64,000 nt of DNA from Pyrinomonadaceae bacterium (GTDB taxonomy: Bacteria > Acidobacteriota > Blastocatellia > Pyrinomonadales > Pyrinomonadaceae). Made by a program: the position numbers and the translations under genes. The notes beneath the pieces are model-generated. The model did not search any database, was not told the DNA's origin, and saw nothing but the letters and a program-made list of their open reading frames with translations. This document shows, one piece after another, positions 29,721 to 38,718 of the stretch; position 1 is the first letter of the stretch, and each line of letters begins with the position of its first letter. Location of the stretch: assembly GCA_045807785.1 (NCBI GenBank), contig JBJMGS010000012.1, forward strand, positions 1,039-65,038, in the 5' to 3' direction.

Positions 29721-31592
29721 TCAGATCAGGTTTTTACCGATGAGAAATTCTCTCGCCTTGTCTGTGAGTTGGTAGTCGGGTTCGCCCGTCACGCGATGGA
29801 TGCTATTGAAAAAGACGTAATCCGCCGCTCTCAGAGCGTCAAGGTGGTATTTGACTCTCTCAATATGCATCTGCGTCTCCCGCGCGATTGCCGACGGGTA
29901 TCTATTACTAACCAAGCTGGCTATTACGGCAAGAATGGCAAGTTTCGCATCGTCAATAATGTCATGCCCCGTCGGAAAAGGGACTATGCGATTAGGTTTC
30001 TTGAGGAAATCGCTGCCCTTCGGCTTGAGTCGGTAATACGAGCCGCGATTTTCAAGTTCTTGAAGTTCAATGTAGTCATGCTGATTCAATAGCGATAAAG
30101 AGATGCCGACTTGAACGGGATTTAATTTTAGAGCCTCCGCGATTTGAGATTCATAACCATTCCCTTTGGCAATCTCTTTGAGGGTTTCAATGGCCGTTTT
30201 ATCAGGCTTGTAATCAGCGGGCGCAGGTGGGGGATATGGAGGAACTTTATAGTTAGTCAGAGTGTCGTCACCTTTTTTAGTGAGTTCGGAGTAAGGGGCG
30301 GCGTTCGCTGGCTGATGCCAAACGATGTAGCCGTACCTCTCCAGCAGTAAAAGGTACAGTCTGATTAGTTCTTCTTTGAAGCCTAAGCCGACGGCGAGTA
30401 TGGAGTCGTATTTATTGCCGATCTTTATGTGGTGGAGGATTTTCTTGGCTGTTTCGTCAGGTTCGTAATCGTCGGGCTCTTGCGTCGGGGGTTGATGAAC
30501 TTTATAGCCGAACTCGTTGACGTACACACGCCCTGTGCCGGTGATTAGGTAACGCTTAATGACATCGGAGGATTGATCTCTGCGAATTAGTTTGCGCCAT
30601 TCTAGCAGGCGCAAAGCCCTTCCGACTTGCTTATGTTCTAGCTTTAGGGTTCTGGCGAGTTGGTAGTCCTCGCCTATGCCTTCGTTAATTTTCGTGAGGA
30701 CTTTGATAGCCGTTTCGTCGAGTGGGTCTTTAGCGGAAGGGTAAGGGACTTCGTAATCTTGCTCGTAAAGATGTTTCTTCCCTCTCTCTGTGAGGTCGTA
30801 GAAGCCCGATTCGTCGGGAGATAGGCAGTCATATTTTACCAATGCGTCAAAGCGTTCTTGGATTTCGTAAGGCTTACGCCCGAATGCATCCGCGATTTCA
30901 TCAAGCGAGAAACGGCTACCAGCATTCGCCACGAGCCTCAGCATATTGATCAGTGGGTTGTCGGGTATGAACGCATCTTGCTCGTGAGGTTGAGAGGTAG
31001 CCCCTTTTTGAAGTTGCTTAGGCGGATCGGTTTTAGCCTCAACTTCCTTCGGGCTTTCGGAAGGTTCGTAGGTCTTTATGAAATTCAGCGCGCCGCTAAG
31101 GGCAATGCGAAAGACTTCGGGCGGGCAGAACAGCTCCTTAGTTTGTGAAATCTGCCAGCCGCTATTAGCGCCTTCCCAGCCGATGTTTGAAACGTGCCTT
31201 CTGAGTTCACTTTGCGGTATGCGGAAAGGCGAAAGGTCTTCGTGAATCTCAGCCTGAACAGTATCGAGTGTGGCGTGATAGTCGTTAAAGTAAGTTTCGC
31301 TCAAGTCCGCCGTTGAGAGGTGATCATAAATAGATTGTAGGCGGATAACAGCTTTGCGCAGCGTTGGGTTCTTTGGTAATGCCGAAATCTGCGGCGAGTT
31401 ATCCGCGGCAGCGGACTTACTCCAATTAATGGCGAAGATAGGAGCAAGGATTACAGCGACTAACGAAAAGAATGTACCTGCAATGAGGTAGTACTCAGCA
31501 TAAATACCATGACCACCATTAGTAAGCTGATTGTTAATCGCAAAGCAAATGCCGGCGAGCGCCAAGAGAATGGTGATAATAGCTGTACGCAT
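29721..31592 (-). CDS. Membrane-anchored protein with five tandem winged-helix-like modules, unknown function (low-GC island)
   Basis: 623-codon ORF in a 45-52 % GC stretch. Two N-terminal TM helices. Five modules of about 85-87 residues, each of the form (D/K)(E/K)TA(I/K)..L..I...helix-turn-helix-like...Y.LT..G, separated by YxVPxPP-type proline linkers. Confidence 0.75.
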   Translation of the reverse strand: MRTAIITILLALAGICFAINNQLTNGGHGIYAEYYLIAGTFFSLVAVILAPIFAINWSKSAAADNSPQISALPKNPTLRKAVIRLQSIYDHLSTADLSETYFNDYHATLDTVQAEIHEDLSPFRIPQSELRRHVSNIGWEGANSGWQISQTKELFCPPEVFRIALSGALNFIKTYEPSESPKEVEAKTDPPKQLQKGATSQPHEQDAFIPDNPLINMLRLVANAGSRFSLDEIADAFGRKPYEIQERFDALVKYDCLSPDESGFYDLTERGKKHLYEQDYEVPYPSAKDPLDETAIKVLTKINEGIGEDYQLARTLKLEHKQVGRALRLLEWRKLIRRDQSSDVIKRYLITGTGRVYVNEFGYKVHQPPTQEPDDYEPDETAKKILHHIKIGNKYDSILAVGLGFKEELIRLYLLLLERYGYIVWHQPANAAPYSELTKKGDDTLTNYKVPPYPPPAPADYKPDKTAIETLKEIAKGNGYESQIAEALKLNPVQVGISLSLLNQHDYIELQELENRGSYYRLKPKGSDFLKKPNRIVPFPTGHDIIDDAKLAILAVIASLVSNRYPSAIARETQMHIERVKYHLDALRAADYVFFNSIHRVTGEPDYQLTDKAREFLIGKNLI

Positions 31593-31731
31593 TCACGCTT
31601 TCACTCTGTCCCTGTGCACTATTACCTGCTCGGAATGCTCGCCGCATTCGAGTTCGGCTGCGGAAGCCCTAAGCTTTGAATTGGTATATACCTAACTATG
31701 CCTGTCCACGCAAGGCGGGTCATGACGCACG

Positions 31732-32478
31732 CTATATCTCGATCTTTGAGAACCGCCATGCGCCCAAGCCGAGCAGGAGGGCCGCCACGACGGCGAGCGC
31801 AACAAGGTCGAAGCTGACGCCGAAGTGAGTCAGGCCGGTCAGCGCCCCGCGCATGCCATCCACGCCGTAGGTCAAAGGATCGATTCTCGTCAGCGCCGCG
31901 AGCACCTTCGGCAAGTTCGCGAGCGGGTAGAGCGCGCCGGAGAGGAAGAAGATCGGCATCACCATGAAGTTCATGATGAGCTGAAAGCCCTGCATGTCCT
32001 TCAGACTCGATCCGAGCGTTGTGCCGAGCGCCGCGAAGACGACAGCGGTCAGCATCATCACGAGGATGGCCGTCGGCAGGCCGAGCAAGCCGACCGGGCG
32101 GAAGCCCGCGACGAGACTGACGAGGAAGATCAGTAAGCCTTGTAGCATCGCGACGGTCGCGCCGCCGAGAGTTCGCCCGACCATGATCCAGAGGCGCGGG
32201 ACGGGCGCCACCAAAGTCTCCTTCAGAAACCCGAACTGCCGATCCCACAGCAGCGCGATCCCCGAAAACATCGAAGTGAAGAGCACCGTCATCCCGATCA
32301 CGCCCGGCGCCATGAACTGTAGATAGTTCCCCTCGCCTGCGCGCTGGAAGACAGGCCCCAACCCGAAGCCGAGCACGCCGAGATACATCAAAGGCGAGCC
32401 GAGCGACGCGATCATCTGCGTCCGCGAGCGCAGGTACTTCTTCACCTCGCGCAGCCAGAGTATGTAGATGACCCTCAT
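31732..32478 (-). CDS. ABC-2 type transporter permease
   Basis: Start MRVIYILWLREVKKYLRSRTQ at 32478 forms an ATGA overlap with the upstream ATPase stop. Six predicted TM segments. The ORF-track N-terminal extension is Arg/His-rich and lies inside the ATPase gene. Confidence 0.85.
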   Translation of the reverse strand: MRVIYILWLREVKKYLRSRTQMIASLGSPLMYLGVLGFGLGPVFQRAGEGNYLQFMAPGVIGMTVLFTSMFSGIALLWDRQFGFLKETLVAPVPRLWIMVGRTLGGATVAMLQGLLIFLVSLVAGFRPVGLLGLPTAILVMMLTAVVFAALGTTLGSSLKDMQGFQLIMNFMVMPIFFLSGALYPLANLPKVLAALTRIDPLTYGVDGMRGALTGLTHFGVSFDLVALAVVAALLLGLGAWRFSKIEI

Positions 32479-33266
32479 CGCTTGCCGCTCCACATCCGCG
32501 CCATCTGCCGCATGGCGTCCGCGGAGTTCGCGCCTTCGTCCCTGATGGTCGTGCCCGTCAGCGCGAGAAACGCGCCTTCGAGCGAGTCCGTCGAGGTCTG
32601 CTCCTTCAACTCCTGCGACGATCCGGTGGCGACGATCCGCCCGTGGTCGATGATGGCGATGCGGTCGGCGACGCGATCCGCCTCGTCCATGTAGTGCGTC
32701 GTCAGAAAGACCGTGACCTGATCCGACTCGTTGAGCTTTTTGACGTGCGCCCACATCTGGTTGCGGCTCTGTGGGTCGAGCCCGAGGGTCGGCTCGTCAA
32801 GGAAGAGAACCTTCGGCGTGTGGAGCAGCCCGCGCGCGATCTCCAGCCGCCGCCGCATCCCGCCGGAGAAGGTCTTGACCAACGCAGCGCGGCGATCCCA
32901 CAGCTCGAAAAGCTTCATCAGCGTCTCGGCGCGTTCGCGGCGCTCCACACGCGGCACGCCGTAGAGCACGCCGTGAATCTCCATGTTCTCCCAGGCGGTC
33001 AGGTCTTGATCGAGGCTGGGGTCTTGAAAGACGACGCCGAACCGGCGACGCACCTCGTCGCGCTGCGTGGTCGGGTCTAACCCGTCGAACTCGAGCACGC
33101 CGCTCGTCGGGCGCAGCAGCGTCGTGAGCATCTTGATGGTCGTCGTCTTCCCCGCCCCGTTAGGCCCGAGGAAAGCGAAGACCTCGCCGCGGCGCACCTC
33201 GAAGGAGACGTCGTCCACCGCCGTCAGGTCGCCGAAGCGTTTGACGAGATTCTGTACTCGAATCAT
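32475..33266 (-). CDS. ABC transporter ATP-binding protein (ABC-2/DrrA-like)
   Basis: Walker A GPNGAGKTT, signature FSGGMRRRLEIA, Walker B LFLDEPTLGLD. Start MIRVQNLVKRFGD at 33266 with GGAAAGGAAG upstream. Confidence 0.9.
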   Translation of the reverse strand: MIRVQNLVKRFGDLTAVDDVSFEVRRGEVFAFLGPNGAGKTTTIKMLTTLLRPTSGVLEFDGLDPTTQRDEVRRRFGVVFQDPSLDQDLTAWENMEIHGVLYGVPRVERRERAETLMKLFELWDRRAALVKTFSGGMRRRLEIARGLLHTPKVLFLDEPTLGLDPQSRNQMWAHVKKLNESDQVTVFLTTHYMDEADRVADRIAIIDHGRIVATGSSQELKEQTSTDSLEGAFLALTGTTIRDEGANSADAMRQMARMWSGKR

Positions 33267-33409
33267 CTGTCTTCCTTTCCCTACTGACGCGGGCTGCAAA
33301 AGATACAACACGCGCCAGGTTCGTGTGAAACCGCCTGACGGTTCGGGCGAGAGCGGTTTTGCGTCAGCGTCAAGTTGAGGATGCGCTAGAACCTTGAAGG
33401 CGAGTCGTA

Positions 33410-33447
33410 GCCGGATGACTCTGCAACTTATTACAAAGTCATCCGGC
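33410..33447. promoter_or_regulatory. Perfect 11-bp inverted repeat with 16-nt spacer
   Basis: GCCGGATGACT (33410-33420), ctgcaacttattacaa, AGTCATCCGGC (33437-33447). Lies between the small membrane-protein gene and the ABC ATPase gene. No U-tract on either strand. Confidence 0.5.
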
Positions 33448-33475
33448 CATGCGGCTGAGAAATTGGGAGAGAGCC

Positions 33476-33679
33476 CTATTTGTACTTGCCGAGCCCTTCG
33501 CTTTCCAACTCCCTTTTGATCCTTCTGGACTCCAGGCGGTTGTTCACCGCCGCCGTCAGGAGCGTCGTCAGGACGAGGACGGGGATGACGCCGGGGACGT
33601 AGCCGGCGAGGAGCCCGACCAGCACCGAGACGCCAACCACCGACAGCAAGCAGACGATAAACAGGATGACCAGCTTCAT
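33476..33679 (-). CDS. Small membrane protein (2 TM), unknown function
   Basis: 67 codons. Two hydrophobic helices and a basic C-terminal tail (RRIKRELESEGLGKYK). GGAGG lies about 11 nt upstream. Confidence 0.5.
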   Translation of the reverse strand: MKLVILFIVCLLSVVGVSVLVGLLAGYVPGVIPVLVLTTLLTAAVNNRLESRRIKRELESEGLGKYK

Positions 33680-33760
33680 GTGAGAACGAACCTCCCCCGC
33701 GTCATTTCACTCATCACTCGCTCACGGCACGGCAGAGCAAACCGCCCGGCAGTAGAGCGT

Positions 33761-36700
33761 CTATTCCCCCGCGCCAGCCTTCGCCGTGGGCGACACGAAC
33801 GTGCAAGACGCCGGCACCGCCGTTGTCGGCGTCGTCTTCAGCGGCGTCAGGTTGTTCTTCGTGAGCAGGCTGTTGAAGCCGACGAGGTCTGTGCCGAGAA
33901 TCGTCTGCCACGCGTTCACCGTTGTATTGAACTCCCTGCAGCTGGATTCCCACGTATCGACCTCCGCCTTAGTGGGCGGCATGTCGATGCCGTTCTGCGT
34001 GAACGGACCGAGAACCGTGTAGAAGAGCCCATTGATCGAGTAGAAAGCCAAGACGCTGCCGGGAGCACGTGCGGGGCCGCCGCCGAACCCGCCACCACCA
34101 CCACGCGGGCTGCGGCCACCGATAGCCCCTAACGTCGCCAGCTTCGCGTCGAGGGCTTTCGCGGCCTCCGCGACATCCGGCGGTAGCGAGCCGCTCATGA
34201 GCGCGGCCAGTTGTGTACGCACCGCGGCCACTTCTTCGTTGGCGGCGTAGCTGTCCTTCATGCTCTGCGAAGCCAGCATCGCCAGTCTGTTCTGTGCCCG
34301 CAAAGCCGACATGACGCCTGCGCCTTCGCCGACGCGCGGATCGTTGTGCACGACGAGTGGCTGCGTGTAAGTCTGGCCATCCACCAGCAGCTTGACCGTG
34401 TACGTGCCCGGCAACGCGAGCGGCCCGTGCGGCGCTGGCGTAACCTGTGCCGGCGCGGAGTTCATCTGGTTATTGATGTCCGGGTTGTAAGCAGGTGGAT
34501 CGTCGTAGCGCAAATCCCAGTTGATGCGATTAGTCCCCGTGTTCGTCGCGAGCGCACGCTCAGACGAAGGCATCAGCCAGTAATCGGGATAGGGAGGGCG
34601 CTGGTACAAAGGCGGCGGCGTGCTCGTGATCGTCCGCAACAACTTATTCGCGGAGTCGAAAATCTGTAGCTTGATCTCGCCCTTGGGCGGCTGGCTGAGA
34701 TGGTAATAGATGAGCGCACCGAAAGGCGGATTCGGCGCGTGCGGCATCTCCGGGTTCATCGGCTGATCCCAATTCGAGTTCATCCGCGAGCGGATCGCGT
34801 CGCCCGGTTTGAACAGATATGCCGGAGCCGCAGCGATCTGCTGCCCCTTCGCCGCGACCTCGCGCAGCGGGCTCATGTCGTCGAGCACCCAGAAGCCGCG
34901 GCCGTAGGTTCCGATCACCAAATCGCTCATGTGATCGTCTGTGTGAAAGACCATGTCGCGGATCGAAGTGCTCGGCAGATTCAGCCGCAAAGACTGCCAG
35001 TGGTCGCCATCGTCGAATGAGACATAGACGGTCGTCTCCGTTCCGGCGAAGAGCAGGCCCTTCTGTTTCGGGTCTTCGCGGATGACGTGCACCTGACTGC
35101 CCGTGCGTTCATCCGTCGGGAGTCCGTTGACGATGCGCGTCCAGGTCTTGCCGCCGTCGTGCGTGCGATAGATGTAGTGCTGCTCCGTCGCCGGCGCGGG
35201 AGTGCCGCGTCCGGGGACAAGGTTGGCGAGCACGTAGGCAGTGTTGATGTCGCCGTGTCCGGCTTCGACGGTGACGAAGTTGGCGTTCGGCGGTAGGTCT
35301 GTGAAGTTCGTCACGTTGTTCCAGGTCTGGCCGCCGTCCGTCGTGTTGTAAATCTGCCCGTTGCTGCTGCCCGACCAGACGACGCCCTGTTTGACGGTCG
35401 AGAGAGAGAAATCGGAGATCGTCGGGCGCGGAGTGGGAAAAGGCGCGGGAGCCGACGGAGTCGGACTCGGAGTCGGAGCCTCGGGCGTGGGAGTCGGAGT
35501 TCCCGTCGGGTGCGGACTCGCAGGCGTCGGCGCGACACCGCACGCCGCCATCGGCTGCCCCTTCGGCGTGGTCAGGTCTGGGCTGAACGCTTTCCACGTC
35601 TCCGCGCCGTCACGCGTGACGAGAATGCAGTTGTAGCCGACGTACAGAGCCTTCGGCTCGAACGCGGTGTCGAACCGTTTCCAGAAATCGCGTCCCGCTG
35701 GGTACAGGTTCGCGTCCGTCCCGAAATTCGGCGCGACGTTGCCCCACTGCCCGGTCGCGAGATCGATCTTGATCAACCCGTTGCCTTGCCCTGCGCCGTA
35801 GCCTACGCCGTACACGGTCGTGGGCTTGAGCGGATCGGGCGCGACCGTGCCGAACTCGGACGACGGCAGCGGCGACCAATCGACGGTCGTGATCTGACCC
35901 TGATCGCTGCGGCTGCGCACCATGATCGCGCCGGTGTCCTGCTGCGAGCCCATCACCCAGTAGGGGTATCGCGTGTCTGTGCTGATGTGGTAGAGCTGCG
36001 CGATGGGAATCTGGTAATAGCCGCTCCAGGTCTGGCCGCCATCGAGCGTGATCGCGGGGCCTTGATCGAAGCCAAAGAAGATGCGCTTGTTGTCGGTCGG
36101 GTCTAACCACGCGACGTGCGGGTCTTCGCCGCCGGGCGCGCCCTTGAATGGGCTGAACGACTTGCCGCCGTCGGTCGAGCGATAGACGGTGGTGGCGATT
36201 GTGTAAATGATGTCGGGGTTCTGCGTGTCAACCCAAACGCCGGAGCTGTAATTACCCTGACCATTGGCGATGCGCGTCTCATCGCCCGCCATGTGCTGCC
36301 ACGTCGCGCCCTGATCGTCGGATCGAGACAGACCCGAACCCCCCTGAAGCGGCGTGCCGATCACATAGACGCGCCGACCGCTGGTGTGCATTGCAATTGC
36401 CACGCTGATGCGGCCCGTGTAGGGCGGGAGCGTGGTGATCTTCGCCCAAGTCTTGCCCTCGTCGGTTGACTTGTAGAGCGCCGTGCCGTTTGGCCCTTGT
36501 GGCGCGCCGCCCCCACCGCCCCCCCCACCGCCGAAGCCGCCGCCCGCGCCCTGCGACGTGGCGAAGATCACGTTCGGCATGTCGAATGCGTACTCGACAT
36601 CGCGCGTGCCGTTCGCGTTCTCCGGCCGCAGCGTGTTCTCCCAGGTCTTGCCGCCGTCCGTCGTGCGGTAGATGCCCTGACCGTGATGGGTCGCGTCGCC

Positions 36701-37228
36701 CTGCGTCGAAGCGACGACGATGTTCGGGTCTTTCGGGTCAACGACCATCTTGTTGACCTTGGTAGTTTCTTCGAGGCCAATGTGCGTCCACGTCTTGCCC
36801 GCGTCGGTTGACTTGTACATGCCGTCACCGGACGAGCCCTGCACCGAGTCGCCCGTGCCGGCATAGACGACGTTGGGATCGGACGGCGCCACCTGGATCG
36901 CGCCGACGCTATCGACGTTGGTGAACTGATCGAAGACGGGGAACCACGTCACGCCCGCGCTGGTGGTTTTCCAGATACCTCCGGCGGGCGCGCCGACGTA
37001 GAAGACGCCCGGCTGACCGATCGCGCCGGTGACGGCGGAGATACGCCCGCCGTGAAACGGTCCGATGTTGCGCCAGCGGAGACCGGCAAAGAGGTCGTCG
37101 CCCGAAGCCATCATGACCCCGGCGCGACGGCCTACTGCATAGGTCAGACTGTGAAGGCTAACCGCCGCCGCCAACAGCATGACTACGAACACAGCAACGA
37201 TCAACGAAACGCGGTGATTTGTTTTCAT
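33761..37228 (-). CDS. Secreted BNR/Asp-box repeat protein (sortilin/VPS10-like beta-propellers)
   Basis: N-terminal signal/anchor. At least 10 Asp-box motifs (STDAGKTW, TTDGGKTW, STDEGKTW, SDDQGATW, STDGGKSF, TTDGGQTW, THDGGKTW, SFDDGDHW and others). Internal Pro/Thr linker and a poly-Gly run. Confidence 0.85.
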   Translation of the reverse strand: MKTNHRVSLIVAVFVVMLLAAAVSLHSLTYAVGRRAGVMMASGDDLFAGLRWRNIGPFHGGRISAVTGAIGQPGVFYVGAPAGGIWKTTSAGVTWFPVFDQFTNVDSVGAIQVAPSDPNVVYAGTGDSVQGSSGDGMYKSTDAGKTWTHIGLEETTKVNKMVVDPKDPNIVVASTQGDATHHGQGIYRTTDGGKTWENTLRPENANGTRDVEYAFDMPNVIFATSQGAGGGFGGGGGGGGGAPQGPNGTALYKSTDEGKTWAKITTLPPYTGRISVAIAMHTSGRRVYVIGTPLQGGSGLSRSDDQGATWQHMAGDETRIANGQGNYSSGVWVDTQNPDIIYTIATTVYRSTDGGKSFSPFKGAPGGEDPHVAWLDPTDNKRIFFGFDQGPAITLDGGQTWSGYYQIPIAQLYHISTDTRYPYWVMGSQQDTGAIMVRSRSDQGQITTVDWSPLPSSEFGTVAPDPLKPTTVYGVGYGAGQGNGLIKIDLATGQWGNVAPNFGTDANLYPAGRDFWKRFDTAFEPKALYVGYNCILVTRDGAETWKAFSPDLTTPKGQPMAACGVAPTPASPHPTGTPTPTPEAPTPSPTPSAPAPFPTPRPTISDFSLSTVKQGVVWSGSSNGQIYNTTDGGQTWNNVTNFTDLPPNANFVTVEAGHGDINTAYVLANLVPGRGTPAPATEQHYIYRTHDGGKTWTRIVNGLPTDERTGSQVHVIREDPKQKGLLFAGTETTVYVSFDDGDHWQSLRLNLPSTSIRDMVFHTDDHMSDLVIGTYGRGFWVLDDMSPLREVAAKGQQIAAAPAYLFKPGDAIRSRMNSNWDQPMNPEMPHAPNPPFGALIYYHLSQPPKGEIKLQIFDSANKLLRTITSTPPPLYQRPPYPDYWLMPSSERALATNTGTNRINWDLRYDDPPAYNPDINNQMNSAPAQVTPAPHGPLALPGTYTVKLLVDGQTYTQPLVVHNDPRVGEGAGVMSALRAQNRLAMLASQSMKDSYAANEEVAAVRTQLAALMSGSLPPDVAEAAKALDAKLATLGAIGGRSPRGGGGGFGGGPARAPGSVLAFYSINGLFYTVLGPFTQNGIDMPPTKAEVDTWESSCREFNTTVNAWQTILGTDLVGFNSLLTKNNLTPLKTTPTTAVPASCTFVSPTAKAGAGE

Positions 37229-37682
37229 TTAGAATTTGACCTCGATTAGAGACACGCAGCCCGGCAAGATCGTCGCGCAACCCAACGCCGTAACCGAGAG
37301 GCGAGCCGCGCACGCGGGCGCGTGGCGGGCGATGACGCAGCACGTCTGTGGCTTTGGGAGTAGATCAATATCCAGCACGCAAGAACTGACTGGCGCCCGC
37401 AGCCCTAAGTTGAACGTGGAATCGGCCTGCCAAAGTTAAAGGGCGGTCGGGGGTTCGCTGCCAACCGCCGCCGCCCTTCGTCTCACGATCTTCGTCGTGG
37501 GGTTTGCGCCAATTGCGTTTGTCCTCTACCTGCCGCGAGTGGAGCGCATGATATTCCGTGGACGGGCGAAAGTTCAAGGGCGCCGCCCCAAGATTTCCTG
37601 ATGACCCCGCGCTCTAGTGAGGAAACAAACGTTATCGGACTCGTGAGGAATCCGGCAGTTCATCCGAGGCCGGTCAGCTCCA

Positions 37683-38654
37683 TCATTTGACGGTGCCATT
37701 CATGCGCAGGTTGACGATCTGTTCGACGGTTGCGTTGGGGAAGCCGTTGGCTTTGGCGCGGCGGATGTAGGCGGCGTCGATCTGAAAGACACGCAGATCG
37801 ACGATCTGGCGCGGCGTGATCGAGGGGTAACCCTCTTCCTTCAGTTCCTTGATGAAGGAGCTCGTGACTCCGAAGACCTTGAAATCGACCAGCTCGCGCG
37901 GCGAGAGGTCGAAGCCCGCCGCGCGCATCTCGCGCGCGTAGTCCGCCGTGACGTTCTGCGAGCGCATCTCGACTAGCTGCTTGAACGACGGGCGTCCGAA
38001 GCCCAGCGATTGAACCTCTCCGATATACTTGCTATCGATCTTAAAGATTCTGGCTTCGACAAGCTCGTTCAAAGTCAGATTCGTGTAGCCCGCGCCGCGC
38101 ATCTCTTCGATCAGCTCCGCGTTGACGTCGAAGATGCGCGTCTCGATCAGTTTGTTGAAAGGGATGTGGTCGTACCCGGCTGCCTTGAGTTCGTCAACCG
38201 ACTTGAGGTTGACGCCGAAGAGGGCCGACTCGAACAACTCCCTGTCCGACGAGAGCGCGTAGCCGCGGCTGCGCATCTCTGCGACGAAGCTCTCATTGGG
38301 AAAGAGCTGCCAGCTACCGGAGCCCTTGCCGCCGCTAAACCTGCCCTCACACTCGAACGTCCCCGCCTCGCGCACGATGCGGAACTTCACTGCCTGCCCC
38401 GCGCCGAAAGCCTGCTCGCGCGTCAAGCCTTGCAACTCGCCGAGCGCGATGGGGCCGTCCGAACGCGAGCTGCCGCGCAGGATCGACAGCGAGACAAGGT
38501 CAGGCTGTTCGCGGTCGAAGTCAATGCGCCACGTTCCCGTAATCGCCCCCTGGCGCGCGGCGGTTGTGGCGGCGAGTCCGGTAGAGAAGATGAAGCAGGC
38601 GACGAATAATCGTCCGAGCCGCCTGCTATGCGGTGCGCTTGTCAGAATTTTCAT
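37683..38654 (-). CDS. Secreted repeat protein of unknown function (~29-residue repeats)
   Basis: Start MKILTSAPHS at 38654 with GAGGAGG 5 nt upstream. Hydrophobic signal segment. Six to seven repeats of the form L(V/I)ExRIFx(V/I)xxxYIxEMRxAGY. Confidence 0.75.
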   Translation of the reverse strand: MKILTSAPHSRRLGRLFVACFIFSTGLAATTAARQGAITGTWRIDFDREQPDLVSLSILRGSSRSDGPIALGELQGLTREQAFGAGQAVKFRIVREAGTFECEGRFSGGKGSGSWQLFPNESFVAEMRSRGYALSSDRELFESALFGVNLKSVDELKAAGYDHIPFNKLIETRIFDVNAELIEEMRGAGYTNLTLNELVEARIFKIDSKYIGEVQSLGFGRPSFKQLVEMRSQNVTADYAREMRAAGFDLSPRELVDFKVFGVTSSFIKELKEEGYPSITPRQIVDLRVFQIDAAYIRRAKANGFPNATVEQIVNLRMNGTVK

Positions 38655-38718
38655 CAGAACCTCCTCGCCATGTGTGCTCACTCTTCGCCCCGACTTCGCC
38701 TCGACTGCGCCGACCGCC

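Noticed and set aside
29664-30092. 142-codon plus-strand ORF inside the low-GC island.
   Set aside because: It is entirely antisense to the 623-codon ORF, which has a repeated domain structure. It has no RBS and no recognisable features.
29561-31606. Possible direct repeats flanking the low-GC island (GCATTTCACTCC at 29561-29572 versus GCTTTCACTC at 31597-31606).
   Set aside because: The match is only about 9-10 nt and imperfect, which is expected by chance. No integrase or tRNA supports an att site.
37365-37577. 70-codon minus-strand ORF in the long non-coding gap.
   Set aside because: No RBS, an odd composition (Gly/Arg runs) and no features. The gap is treated as non-coding.
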